Assembly (NCBI GenBank): GCA_043228905.1
Contig: JBHGNT010000021.1
Span: forward strand, 9,176,001 to 9,240,000
Direction of reading: 5' to 3'
Length of the DNA: 64,000 nt
From: Azolla caroliniana
Taxonomy: Eukaryota; Plantae; Polypodiophyta
Of the stretch, positions 38,675 through 52,102 are shown in pieces. Below the pieces are notes generated by a model. The model saw nothing but the letters and a program-made list of their open reading frames with translations. It ran no database searches and was not told where the DNA came from. Position 1 is the stretch's first letter, and the number at the start of each line of letters is the position of its first letter. The translations under genes and the position numbers were made by a program.

Positions 38675-39479
38675 TTTTCCTTTCATCTCTTCGTCTTCCA
38701 CAAACCAAGAATACATGCGTGTTCTTTCTGAGCTCGACATGCTCATGAATAAATTTGTGGCATTAGAGCATGAGAATCAAAGGCTACTTGGAGATCTACA
38801 ACATGTTGTCGTGAAGAAAACCGTCCCTTGGCGCAATCGATGCATAGCGCGCGTGAACCGGCTCTTCACGTGTGCGCGCCCTTAACGTACATATAATAGG
38901 GAATTAAGTACAAAGGCATATCCGGGTAGTTAGATTCGGTAGGTAGGAAGTAAATGAGGGAGACTGCTCCCTTCTTGAAGCTATAAAGGAGAGGGAGAAG
39001 TAGGGAGAAAAGAGGAGCGGGCATTAGGGAGGACGAAGTGCTGTCGGACCGTAACCGAACGCTTCTCCTTAGATTCGTTTTCCATCACTCTTCTCTGCAG
39101 GTTTTTTGGGAGGCTCGCGCTGCTTCGAGGAACGCATGTGTGCTTCCGGCAGCACCTCCACCCTTTTCCCCTTTTCGTGCGCAGACGAACAGGCATCGAC
39201 ATCTGTTCGCCGGCCTGTTCGGTTGTAACCGCTCACGTGCTCTGTTTTGTATTTGTAATTCGTTAATATACAAACACTTATGTCTCCCTGTCTCTGTGTC
39301 CATTCGCGTCTTCTATGTTGACGGGCCGTGCCCCTGTGTTTCTTTGCTCATACGTGACCGGGCCTCTCTCTCCTTCTCTTTCCCCTTCTATCACTTGCTC
39401 TTCGGTTCAAGACCCCGGTGGTCCTGCCTCGTTTCTCCACGCAGGCGCGTAGTAACGCGACATCTTTGGTGAACCCAAT

Positions 39480-41633
39480 GTGAAACAGGCGGCAGAGGAG
39501 CAGAAGATGAGGGGGTTGGATCTTGCAGAGGCCATGGCTTCGGCCGTGGACCGGATAGTGAGCGCGCGTGAGGGCACCGGCGCTCTTGACAGGGCTATTG
39601 AGGCGATCGTCGGTATGATCGGCCGGTTCAGTGGAAAGGATGCCACGAGTTATTTGGCGTCGTACCGGGCGGAGATGTTGATGAGGGATATTCCGGAAGA
39701 GAGGCGTCTTGCCGGATTCCCTCGAGTGGCGATGTCGGGTATTCATGCGGAGGTGCTCGAGGTCCGGGCAGAGAGTCAGACTTAGGAGGAGTTCGAAGGA
39801 CGGCTTCTGGAGAAATACGGGCTGGATGACGCGCTTCAACTTTTGAAGCGGAGCTTCATGGAGTGGGTGGAGTCCCCCAACAAAGGAAGAAATGCGTCTG
39901 TACTCCTTCGGGAGTTTGGGGAACGCTTCGTGCGCCTTTCGGCGCTCGATCGGACCGTTCTGGACACAAGTCGTGTCCTACTGTTTGTCAAATCAGTTGA
40001 CGCAAGGGATCGGGGGCAAGTTGGCTCCTTACTGGAAACCGAAGACGGGCTGACGGCCGACTGGGCCGCGGTAAAAAGAGTCTGCGGTCGTTTTGACAAG
40101 CGGTGGGAGTGGGCTGATACAGAGGCGACGGGGGCGGGACCTGTCGCAGCAAGGAAGCTCGAACCGATACCGCAGGCGCGAAGGGAAGAAACCCGGGAGT
40201 GGCTCAAGACCGGTTCGGCTTCGACCGGTGTGATCAGAGGCTCGTCCGGGGGAACAACTCTGGAGGATTTGACGCGAGCAGTAAAGGATCTCTAGATCTC
40301 CCAGGCTCGGAGGGAAGGTGGCGATCAGGCTCGTGACCAACGGCCTCCGGCAGGAAGTAGGTGCATGTGGTGCGACGAGGTCGGCCACATCCGGAAAGAC
40401 TGTAGGGACTTTATGGAGGCTTTGAGGAGCCGGGTAGTGTACCTGTGGGAAGGTCGGGTGCACGCCATCGATACCCGGAGGGCCCTGAACCGAAACGACA
40501 GGCGAGGAGGAATGAAAAGGCTGATGGAAGAGGCGGCAGCCCGGCACACGGAGACCGTCCACTACTCAGCGTCAGCTGGTATTCGGGTCGGAGGCAGCGA
40601 GGCCCGGAAGGAGAGCAAAGCCGAGTTCTAGCCGACGGTGCTGGAAGGCCTCGCCGGTGCCCGACTAAAGAGAGACGAGGCGGACCGCGCGGAGAAGCGG
40701 GTCCAGGAGGTAACCGGGTGGAGTGACCCGGTCGAAGAAAAGACGGGTTTCGTCGAAGCAGCTTGCCAGAACTACGAGGCTCTGGTTGAAGACAAACAGG
40801 TAGGTAAAACCGGAGGGGCAGAACCTTCACAGAGATACAAAACCCGATTCGGGCCGAAACGGAACGAGGCCGGTGAATCCAGTGCCCGGGATAACCACAA
40901 GAAGGGCGGGTACCATTTGGGCACGGAGATCGAAAGGAACACGGACCTACGAAAGGTCCTGGAAGAACGAATCCTCAACAGCAAAGTGGAACTGTTGTTG
41001 CGGGAGGTGCTCGGAATCGCCAAGAAGGAGTTCCACGACTCCATCGTGGACTTGGTGAAGAGGAAGAGACTGTCGACGGAGGCAGAACCGGAAATGCCGG
41101 GGGAGGTGCGGACGGCGCACATAGAGGACATGGCGCTGGAAGACGAGTGGGCGGAGAGCCACTATTCGAGGCCACACTGGGCCCGAGCGACCACGGAAAC
41201 CCCGGTGAAGATCGGAGATGTTCAGGAACCGGTGGTGGCGCTGGTGGACCACGGTTCGGAAATAAACCTGATGTCCATGGACTTCTACAAGAAGGGGAAA
41301 TGGCCGATCAACACTAAGCACGGGTGGAAGATACGGGCGGCGACGCGCGCCACCGAGGAACCACACAGGGCCTGCCCAAACGTGCGAGTCAAGATCGGCG
41401 ACATCGAGATAGACCAGCACTTCTTTGTGCAGGAGACGTCCTCGCACCCGGTCATACTAGGAGAACTGTACATTACGGCAGCACGAATGGAGACCAAGGT
41501 GCTAGACAACGGGTCGGCTTACGCGAGGGTCAAGATTCAGGACGGGCGACATTCGGTCCAGTTCCTGACGGTGCGACCGAACCACGAGCGAAACCGCGAG
41601 TCCCTCGGTGGGAAGATCCGAGAGGATTTTTAG
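39480..41633 (+). pseudogene. G1 gag-protease ORF
   Basis: Four ORF pieces in one frame with stops at 39783, 40293 and 40629; CMWCDEVGHIRKDC knuckle; ALVDHGSEINLM protease. Confidence 0.9.
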
Positions 41634-42252
41634 AGAGGGCTGCCAAGGCGTGGGGCCGCGACAGTCCGGACACTCCGGGGAGACCCCACAAATGTATGAT
41701 AGAAGCGAAGCCAAAGAAACCTTGTACCATAAGTAGGAAGTTTTGTTTCTCCGACAACGGAGGGTGTATGGTAGTCGGCGTCGTAAGCCGAGAAAAGACA
41801 AGGGCGGAAGAGCGACTTCGGGCGTGCGGAGTTCTCGGGCCCAACGAGGAAATCAACGGAGCCGTGGAGGTGGTCTCCTTCGATGATACCTTGGGAATAC
41901 TGCGAGAGGTGGTTGGAGAGGGCCTTAAAGAAGACCGGACGATACCGGTTTGTTCAAAAGAAATGTACGAAGTCATCGCGGACTTCAATCGAGGGCTCGA
42001 GTCGGAACGAACGGCCCGGGTTAACACGAAGTACAAGATTGTGGACCGGAAGGTAAGGCCAGTCGCGACACCCTTACCGGAGGGCAGCAAGTTGCGAATC
42101 AAGGGGGTCGCGTCGGACCCCAATTTACGAGATCCGGCCTGCATAGGACACACCTTCACCGACAGAACGCTACGGGAGCTGAAAATCGGTGGGGGCAGGT
42201 TCCTACTGCCGGCGGAAGAAGACCGGTTTCGGAGAATGCTCGGAAGGCACGG

Positions 42253-45200
42253 TGTCGTGAAGAAAACCGTCCACAAGCGGAATCGGTGCACCGGAGCATA
42301 GGAACCGGCTCTTCATGCACGCACGCCTTGTGTTGTACATAGGAGAGAATTAGGGACGTGGAAGATCCTAGGTAGGTAGATTCGGTAGGTAGGAAGTTAA
42401 TAGGAAACGGCTCCCTTCTTGCCTAATAAAAGGAGGGGAACGAGGAGGAGGAAGGGATCGCGGAGAGTCGAGGACGAAGTGTTGTCGGTTTGTGGGCGAA
42501 GGCTTCTCTCTCTCTCTGGCTCGCAAACTCCGTAGCTTCTTGCTGTGCAGGTTTCGGGAGGCTCGCGCTGCTCTGAGGAATGCCCGAGTGCTTCCGGCAG
42601 CACCTCCAACCTACTCTTTCCTTTCTATGCATTTACGAACAGGCATCGCCATCTGTTCGCCGGCCTGTTCGGTTGTAACCGACTTCGTGTTTTGTTGTTT
42701 GTTTTTGTTAATACATACATACATTCGTGTCTCTCTGTGTCGCTGTCCCACTCGCGTCTTTGTGTCGAAGGGCCGTGTCCCTGTGAATCTGCTCTCGCCC
42801 GTAGCGGGTCTCTTCTCCCTTCTCTCTTGCCCTTCGGTACAGGACCCCCGAGGTCCCGCCTCATTCCACGCATCCGCGAGGAATACCTCGACATCTTGGT
42901 GAACCCGACGTGAAAGAGGCGGCAGAAGAGCAGAAGATGAAAGGGTCGGATCTTGCGGAGGCCATGGCTTCGGCCGTGGATCGGATACTGAGCGCACGCG
43001 AGGGCTCCGGTGCCCTCGACAGAGCCATTGAGGCGGTCGTCGGTACGATCGGTCGGTTCAGCGGAAAGGATGCCACGAAGTATTTGGTGTCCTACGGGGC
43101 AGAAATGCTGATGCGGGACATTCCGGAAGAGAGGCGTCTTGCCGGGTTCCCTCGAGTGGCGATGCCGAGCATCCATTCGGAGGTGCTCGAGGTGCGGGCG
43201 GAGAGCCGTACCTGGGAGGAGTTCGAAGGTCGACTCCGAGAAAAATACGGGCTGGACGACGCGCTCTGGCTTTCGAAACGGGACTTCATGGAGTGGGTGG
43301 AGTCCCCCGGCAAGGGAAGAAACGCGTCGGCACTCCTCCGGGAGTTTGAAGAACGCTTTGCGCGCCTTTCGGCGCTTGACCAAACCATTCTGGATACGAG
43401 CCGGGTCCTACTGTTGATCAAGTCGGTGGACGAGCGGGACCGGGATCAAGTCGGCTCCTTGCTGGAAACCGAAGACGGGCTGACGACCGACTGGGCTGTG
43501 GTTAAGAGAGTCTGTGGCCGTTTCGACAAACGGCGAGAATGGGCTGATAACGGGGCGGCCGGTGCGGGCTCTGTTACAGCAAGGAGGCTTGAACCGGCAC
43601 CACAAGGGCGAAGGACAGAAGCCCGGGTGTGGCTCGAAACCGGGTCGGCTCCGACCGGCACGATCAGTGGCTCGTCCGGAGGAGCAGCGCTGGAGGAGTT
43701 GACGCGGGCGATAAAGGATCTCCAGATCGCCCAGACTCAAAGGGAAGGCGGCGAACCGGCTCGTGACCGACAGCCGGTAGCAGGGAACAGGTGCATGTGG
43801 TGCGACGAGGTCGGCCACATCCGGAAGGACTACGGCGATTTCGCAAAAGCGTTGAGGAACGGGTGCACGCCGGTGACACCAAAAGGGCCATGAACTGAAA
43901 CGACGGGCGAGGAGGAATGAAGAGACTGATGGAAGAGGCAGCGGCCCGACACGTGGAGGCCATCCACTACTCGGCGTCGACCGGCATTCGGGTCGGGGGC
44001 AGCGAGGCCCGAAAGGAGGGCAAAGACGGATTCTGGTCGGCAATGCTGGAAGGTCTTGCCGGCGCACGGCTAAGGAAAGATGAAACGGACCGCACTGAGA
44101 GACGGGTCCGGGAAATAACCGGGTGGAGCGATCCGGTCGAGGAGAAGACGGGCTTCGTAGAAGCCGCCTGCCGGAACTACGAGGCTCTGGTAGAAGATAA
44201 ACGGGTGGGGAAAGCCGGAGCGGCCGGGCCCTCACAACGGTACGAGACCCGATTCGGGTAACGACGGAACGATGCCGGTGGGTCCAGCTCGCAAGATAAC
44301 CCAGGAAGGGTGGATACCGACTGGGGACGGAAATAGAAAGGACTACGGACCTACGAAAGGTCCTAGAAGAACGGATCCTCGACAGCAAAGTGGAGCTGTC
44401 ATTGCGAGAAGTGCTAGGGATCGCCAAGAAGGAGTTCCACGACTCCATTGTGGACTTGGTGAAACGGAAGAGGCTGTCGACGGAGACCGGTGGAGGTGTA
44501 GACGACGCACATCGACGACTCAGCGCTGGCAGATGAGTGGGCGGAGAGCCACTATTCGAGGCCACACTGGGCCCGAGCGACTACGGAGACCCCGGTGAAG
44601 ATCGGAGATGTTCAGGAACCGGTGGTGGCGTTGGTGGACCACAGTTCGGAAATAAACCTAATGTCCATGGACTTCTATAAGAAGGGAAAGTGGCCGATCA
44701 ACACCAGGCACGGGTGGAAGATACGGGCGGCGACGCGCGCCACCGAGGAACTGCACGGGGCCTGCCCGAACGTGCGAGTCAAGATCGGCGACGTCGAGAT
44801 TGACCAGCACTTCTTCGTACAGGAGACGTCCTCGCACCCGGTCATATTAGGGGAACCATACATCACAGCGGCGCGAATGGAGACCAAGGTGCTGGACAAC
44901 GGTTCGGCCTACGCGAGGGTCAAAAGCCAGGACGGGCGCCATTCGGTCCAATTTCTGACGGTACGACCGAACCACGAGCGAAACCGCGAATCCCTCGGTG
45001 GCAAGAACCGGGAGGATTTTTAGAGAGGGCTGCCGAGGCGTGGGGCCGAGACAGCCCGGACACTCGGGAAAGACCCCACAACTGTATGATAGAACCGAAA
45101 CTGAAGGAACCCTGTACGATAGGTAGGAAATTTTGCTCTCCAACAACGGAGGATGTATGATAGTCGGCATCGTTGACAGAGAAAAGACAAGGGCGGAAGT

Positions 45201-48200
45201 ACGACTTCGAGTGTGCGGAGTTCTCGGCCCGGACGAGGAAATCAGCGGAGCTGTGGAGGCGGTCTCCTTCGACGACACCTTGGGGATGCTGAGGAAGGTA
45301 GCCGGAGAAGACCTTAACGAAGACCGGACGATACCGGTATGTTCCTAAGAGATGTACGAAGTCATCGCGAACTTCAGCCAGGGACTCCGGTCGGATCAGA
45401 CGGCCCGAGTTAGCACGAAGTACAAGACTGTGGACCGGAAGGTAAGGCCAGTCGCCAGTCCCGAATCAGAGGGGTTGTGTCGGACCCCAGTTTACGAGAT
45501 CCGGCCTGCATAGGACACACCTTCACCGACGGGACGCTCCGGGAGCTCAAGATCAGTGGGGGCGGGTTCCTACTGCCGGCGGAGGAAGACCAGTTTCGGA
45601 GAATGCTCGGAAGGAACGGGAAAGCCTTCGCATTTTCGCCGGAAGAGATCGGGTGCGTAGACCCGACAATCGTGGAGCCGATGGTGATATTCACGGTACC
45701 GCATGTGCCGTGGAATCTCAAGCCGATTCCGGTACCAAGAGTTGATGGAGCTACTGAGGCAAAAAGTCGATATGGGTATTCTCGAACCGTCGAGCGCGCC
45801 ATACTCGAACCGATGGTTTACCGTACCAAAGAAAAACGGAACATTGCGCTTCATTCAAGACCTGCAGCCGGTCAACAGAGTGACCATTCGGAACGCAGGG
45901 ATTGGACTGACCATAGACGAGTTCGCGGAGGCCTTCGCCGGAAGGTCGATTTATTCGGTCGGTGATCTGTACTCAGGGTACGACCAGTTCCAGCTAGCCG
46001 TGGAGAGCAGAGACATTACGACGATGCGAACTCCCCTCGGCCTAGTGCGAATGTGTACCCTGCCACAAGGAGGGACTAACTCGGTGGCCCACATGGTGAA
46101 TGCAATGAGCAAGGTACTGAGGGATTGCATCCCGGACATCACCATGCCGTTTCTAGACGACATCCCGATCAAGGGGTGCCCGGTGGAAGAGAAGAACGAG
46201 ACCCTCGGGCCGGACGGATGCCGGCGATTCGTGGTAGCACACATCGACGACTGCGAGAAGGTGCTACAAAGGCTAGAGGATGCGAGGCTCACCTTCTCCG
46301 GGGAGAAATCAGCCTTCGGGCAATCAGAAATCCTGGTGGTCGGACACCTATGTGGACCATATGGCCAGAAGCCGTCTCCGGCAAAGGTAGAAGCCATCTC
46401 CGCGATGAAGACCGACTGTAGCTCGGTTACGGAAGTTCGGAGGTTCCTGGGGGCGTGTGCGTTCTACCACATATAGATCCCGCATTACGCCCACGTTGCA
46501 GAGCCGCTATACGGGTTGTTGAAAAAGGGGCGAAAATTCCAGTGGCGAGACGACCACACGGAGTCGGTCCGGAAGCTAAAGGAAGCTCTTGCGGCAGCAC
46601 CGGCGCTCCGGAAGGCTGTCTACGAGAAGGATACCCCGGTATACATAACGGTGGATACGAGCCCGACAGGGATCGGATGGGTCGTCAACCAAGAAGACAA
46701 GGACGGCATTCGGTTGCCGATCCGATTCGGCGCGAAGGTCCTCAGTGAGCGACAACGAGGGTACGCCCAGGTTAAACGCGAACTCTGGGGTATCGTTTCA
46801 GCAGTAAAGGCCGACAAAGACTACCTGATCGGGACAGAAGTGATTATCGAGACGGATTGCCTGCCAATTCTCGGCATGGTTTCCGGATGCGCGACACCGG
46901 ACCTGGCGATGCTTAGGTGCATAGCATACATCAAGTCCCTGGACCCGGAAATACGACACATTTCCGGAAAGGACCACGCCATGGCCGACATGCTTTGAAG
47001 GGCTAGGTTTGATGATGAGGGCGGCATGGTTTCGGAGGACGAAGAAGTCGGCGTGGACTTCTTCGAGGCAGCGTACGTGACGACCGATGGGACGAGCACT
47101 CCGGCACTTAACGACTTGGACGAGAGTAAGTACGACGACGAGTGGCTCCAGATCGGTGGATTTTTTAGGACAATGACGCCGGATGCGTCATGGACGAAGG
47201 ACGAGGCCAACCGGATCCGGAAGAAAGCTTACCGATTCTTTCTCCGGGACGGATACTTATGGAAGCACCCGAAGAAGAGGAACGACGTCCCGCTCCGGGT
47301 GGTGGCAATGAAGGAAGAACAGGAGGAGCTGCTGACAGCTTACCATGACAGCCCTTGGGCTGGTCACCATGGAACGTGCGTGGGCCACGTTCGAGAAGAT
47401 AAAGGGGAAGTACTGGTGGCCGGGACTGTACCGGGATGTGCATCGGTTCGTGACAACTTGCGAGAGCTGCCAGATGCACTCCATAGTTCGGCATCGGGAC
47501 AAGCTTCACCCTACGTACCCTCCGACCATCCACTTCAAATTGATGGTAGATCTGGTGACGATGCCGATGGGCGTAGGACAGATGCGGTATCTGGTCCTGG
47601 CTCGGGAAGATCTGACGAACTAGGTGGAAGGCCGAGCCCTTCAGAACAAAACGACCGCGGCCGTATGTCGGTTCCTGATCGAGGACGTGATATGCCGGTA
47701 CGGGTGCGTCAGGAAGATCGTGGCTGATCGCGGGGAGTTCCACGCCGAAGAGGCCGAGGAGCTGTTTGACCGGCTAGGAGTCAAGCTCTCGCTTACCACT
47801 GCGTACAATCCGGAGGTGAATGGGAAGGTGGAGCGCGGACACGGACCGATCGTCAAGGCGTTAGTTCGGGCATGCGGAGGTCAAGTCGGGAACTGGCCGC
47901 GGTTGCTGCCTTACGCGTTGTGGGCTGATCGAACTACGCACAGTTCGGTAACCGGATTCATGCCAGCAGAGCTGATGTTTGGGCAGAAGCCGGTCATGCC
48001 GAGAACTGCTGGAGGCGTATATATGACAGCTCGAGCGAAGACCGGAGGACGTGGAGCAGGCTGCGGAAAAGCTTCGGGAAGCAAGGATGAGGAACAAAGC
48101 CCGGTTCGACCGAACACACCGGCTCCGACCGAAGAAGATCGAGGAAGGCGACTGGGTGCTAGTCTACGACAGCAGCCTCGACAACCAGCACCGAGCGACA

Positions 48201-49139
48201 CGGAAGTTCGCAAGAAGGTGGTTCGCGCCTTACGTGGTACAAAGCGCCAACGACAACGGGACGTACCATCTGGCGGAACTCGACGGCACGAGAATGGCGA
48301 TACCGGTAGCTGGGAAGCGGATCAAAGCGTTCAAGAAGCGTCACGACGACAAGCCGGATCCGGTTAACCTGGACCGGAACGACGAACGATCCGAAACCGA
48401 GGAAGAACCGACGGGCGGGGAATGAAGGCTGGACCGGTTTTCTCCGTCCCAACTCAATTTGGCGCATGCCGGTGGATGCGCGGTTAGGTGGGGACGGATG
48501 TCGTGAAGAAAACCGTCCACAAGCGGAATCGGTGCACCGGAGCATAGGAACCGGCTCTTCATGCACGCACGCCTTGTGTTGTACATAGGAGAGAATTAGG
48601 GACGTGGAAGATCCTAGGTAGGTAGATTCGGTAGGTAGGAAGTTAATAGGAAACGGCTCCCTTCTTGCCTAATAAAAGGAGGGGGACGAGGAGGAGGAAG
48701 GGATCGCGGAGAGTCGAGGACGAAGTGCTGTCGGTTTGTGGGCGAAGGCTTCTCTCTCTCTCTGGCTCGCAAACTCCGTAGCTTCTTGCTGTGCAGGTTT
48801 CGGGAGGCTCGCGCTGCTCTGAGGAATGCCTGAGTGCTTCCGGCAGCACCTCCAACCTACTCTTTCCTTTCTGTGCATTTACGAGCAGGCATCACCATCT
48901 GTTCGCCGGCCTGTTCGGTTGTAACCGACTTCGTGTTTTGTTGTTTGTTTTTGTTAATACATACATACATTCATGTCTCTCTGTGTCGTTGTCCCACTCG
49001 CGTCTTTGTGTCGAAGGGCCGTGTCCCTGTGAATCTGCTCTCGCTCGTAGCGGGTCTCTTCTCCTTTCTCTCTTGCCCTTCGGTACAGGACCCCCGAGGT
49101 CCCGCCTCTTTCCACGCATCCGCGAGGAATACCTCGACA
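42253..49139 (+). mobile_element. Phygy-like gypsy G2 nested in G1 pol
   Basis: 641-bp LTRs 42253-42893 and 48499-49139; TSD ACGG/ACAG; gag-PR 42910-45023; RT-RNase H-INT to 48425, with small deletions and stops. Confidence 0.96.
42897..42913 (+). promoter_or_regulatory. PBS complementary to the 3' end of tRNA-Trp
   Basis: TGGTGAACCCGACGTGA matches the recalled 3' end of plant cytosolic tRNA-Trp (...TCACGTCGGGTTCACCA). Confidence 0.8.
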
Positions 49140-52102
49140 ACAGGAAAGCCTTCGCATTCTCACCGGAAGAAATCGGGTGCGTAGACCCGATAGTCGTAAA
49201 GCCGATGGTGATATTCACGGTACCGCATGTGCCGTGGAATCTCAAACCAATTCCGGTACCGAGAGCTCACATCCCGGAGCTGATGGAGCTATTGAGGCAG
49301 AAAGTCGATATGGGCATCCTCGAACCGTCGAGTGCCCCGTACTCGAACCGGTGGTTTACTGTGCCGAAGAAGAACGGGACGTTGCGCTTCATTCAAGACC
49401 TGCAACCGGTCAACAGAGTGACCATTCGGAACGCAAGAATAGGACCAACGATAGACAAGTTCGCGGAGGCCTTCGCCGGAAGGTCGATCTACTCGGTCGG
49501 GGATCTGTACTCGGGGTACGACCAGTTCCAACTAGCCGTAGAGAGCAGAGACATTACGACGATGCGGACTCCTCTCGGCCTAGTGCGGATGTGTACCCTG
49601 CCACAAGGAGGGACGAACTCGGTGGCCCACATGGTGAATGCGATGAACAAGGTGCTGAGGGACTGTATCCCGGACATCACCATGCCATTCTTGGACGATA
49701 TCCCGATCAAGGGGTGTCCGGTGGGAAAAAAGGACGAAACGATCGGACCAGACGGATGCCGGAAATTCGTGACGACACACATTGATGACTGCGAGAGGGT
49801 GCTGCAGAGGTTGGAGGACGTGAGGCTCACCTTCTCCGGGGAGAAATCGTCCTTCGGGCAATTAGAGATCATGGTGGTCGGACATCTATGCGGGCCGTAT
49901 CGCCGGAAACCGTCTTCGTCCAAGGTGGAAGGCATCTCCGCAATGAAGCCCGACTGTAACTCGGTCACGGAGGTACGGAGGTTCTTGGCAGCGTGCATGT
50001 TCTACCACATATGGATCCCGCATTACGCCCACATTGCCGAGCCGCTATATGGGTTGTTGAAGAAGGGGCGAAAATTCGAGTGGCGAGACGAGCATACGGA
50101 GTCGGTCCGAAAGATGAAGGAGGCTCTTGATGCAGCACCGGCAATCTGTAAGGCTGTGTACGAGAAAGGGACTCCCATCTACATAACGGTAGATACAAGT
50201 CCGACCGGGATCGGATGGGTCGTCAACCAAGAAGATGAGGACGGCATTCGGTTCCCAATCCGGTTCGGTGCAAAGGTCCTCAGCGAGCGACAGCGAGGAC
50301 ATGCCCAGGTTAAACGCGAACTCTAGGGTATCGTTTCGGTAGTCAAGGCCAATAAAGACTATCTGATCGGGACAAAGGTGATTATCGAGACGGACTGCTT
50401 GCCGATTCTCAGCATGGTTTCCGGATGCGCAACCCCGGACCTGGCAATGCTCAGGTGGATAGCGTACATCAAGTCCCTGGATCCGGAAATACGACACATT
50501 TCCGGGAAAGACAATGCCATGGTCGACATGCTTTCGAGGGTGCGATTCGACGACGAGGGCGGCATGGTTTCGGAGGACGAGGAAGTCGGCGTGGACTTCT
50601 TTGAGGCGGCTTACGTGACAACCGAGGGGGGGAGCACTCCGGCGCTTAACGATTTCAACGAGAGCAAGTACGACGGGGAATGGCTGCAGATTGGGGGATT
50701 CTTGAGGACGATGATGCCGGACGCGTCATGGACAAAGAACGAGGCCAACCGGATCCAGAAGAAAGCATACCGATTCTTTCTCCGGGACGGATACTTGTGG
50801 AAGCACCCGAAGAAGAGATACGGCATCCCGCTCCGAGTAGTGGCAATGGAGGAGGAACAGGAGGAGTTGTTGAAGGCCTACCACGACAGCCCCTAGGCTG
50901 GACACCGTGGGACGTGGGCAACGTTCGAGAAACTAAAGGGGAAGTACTGGTGGTCGGGACTGTACCGGGACGTGCATCGGTTCGTGACAACTTGTGAGAG
51001 CTGTCAGATACACTCCATGGTCCGACATCGGGACGAGCTTCACCCTACATACCCTCCGGCCATCCACTTCAAATGGATGGTAGATTTGGTGACGATGCCG
51101 ATGGGCGTAGGGCAGATGCGATATCTGGTGCTGGTCCAGGAGGACCTGACAAACCAGGTGGAAGGCCGAGCCCTGCAGAACAAAATGACAGCGGCCGTGT
51201 GTCGGTTCCTGATCGAGGACATGATATGCCCGTACGGGTGCGTCGGGAAGATCGTGGCTGACCGCGGGGAGTTGGACGCCGAAGAGGCCGAGGAGCTGTT
51301 CGACCGGTTAGGGGTCAAGATCTCGCTCACCACAGCGTACAATCCGGAGGCGAACGGGAAGGTGGAGCGCGAACACGGACCGATCGTCAAAGCGCTAGTC
51401 CGGGCGTGTGGAGGCCAGGTTGGGAACTGGCCACGACTGTTACCTTATGCCTTGTGGGCGGACCGGACAACGCACAGTTCGGTAACCGGGTTCATGTCGT
51501 CAGAGCTCATGTTCGGACAGAAGCCGATCATGCCGATGGAAGGGATGATCTCCTCTTGGGCAAAAGTGGACTGGAGAGACGAGATGAGCTGGGAAGAACT
51601 GCTAGCGGCGCGTATACTGTAGCTCGAGCGGAGGCCAGAGGACGTGGAACGAGCGGTGGAGAGACTTCGGACGGCGAGGATGAAGAACAAAGACTGGTTC
51701 AACCGAACACACCGGCTCCGGCCCGAGAAAATTGAGGATGGCGACTGGGTGCTAGTCTACGACAGTAGCCTCGACAACCAACACCGAGCAACGCGGAAGT
51801 TTGCGAAGCGGTGGTTCGGGCCTTACGTGGTAACAAGCGCCAATGACAACGGGACGTATCACCTGGCGGAACTCGACGGTACAAGGATGGCGATGCCGGT
51901 AGCAGGGAAGTGGATAAAATCGTTCAAAAAGTGCCACGACGACGAACCGGATCTAAGAGGCCTGGACAACGAAGACGAACAGTCCGAAACGGAGGACGAA
52001 CCGATGGACGAAGAAGCAGAACCCGGGCCGGTTTTCTCCAACCAGAACCCAATTTTGGCGCATACCGGTGGATACACGGTTAGGTGGGGGCGGATGTCGT
52101 GA
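49140..52102 (+). pseudogene. G1 RT, RNase H and integrase
   Basis: DLYSGYDQ, LPQG, FLDD, VDTS, HH-CC zinc finger and GPY motif; one frame with stops at 50324, 50894 and 51620. Confidence 0.92.

Noticed and set aside
48791-50326. 511-aa ORF, the longest in the window
   Set aside because: Chance in-frame fusion of G2 3' LTR sequence (GTG start) to G1 RT; not a distinct gene.
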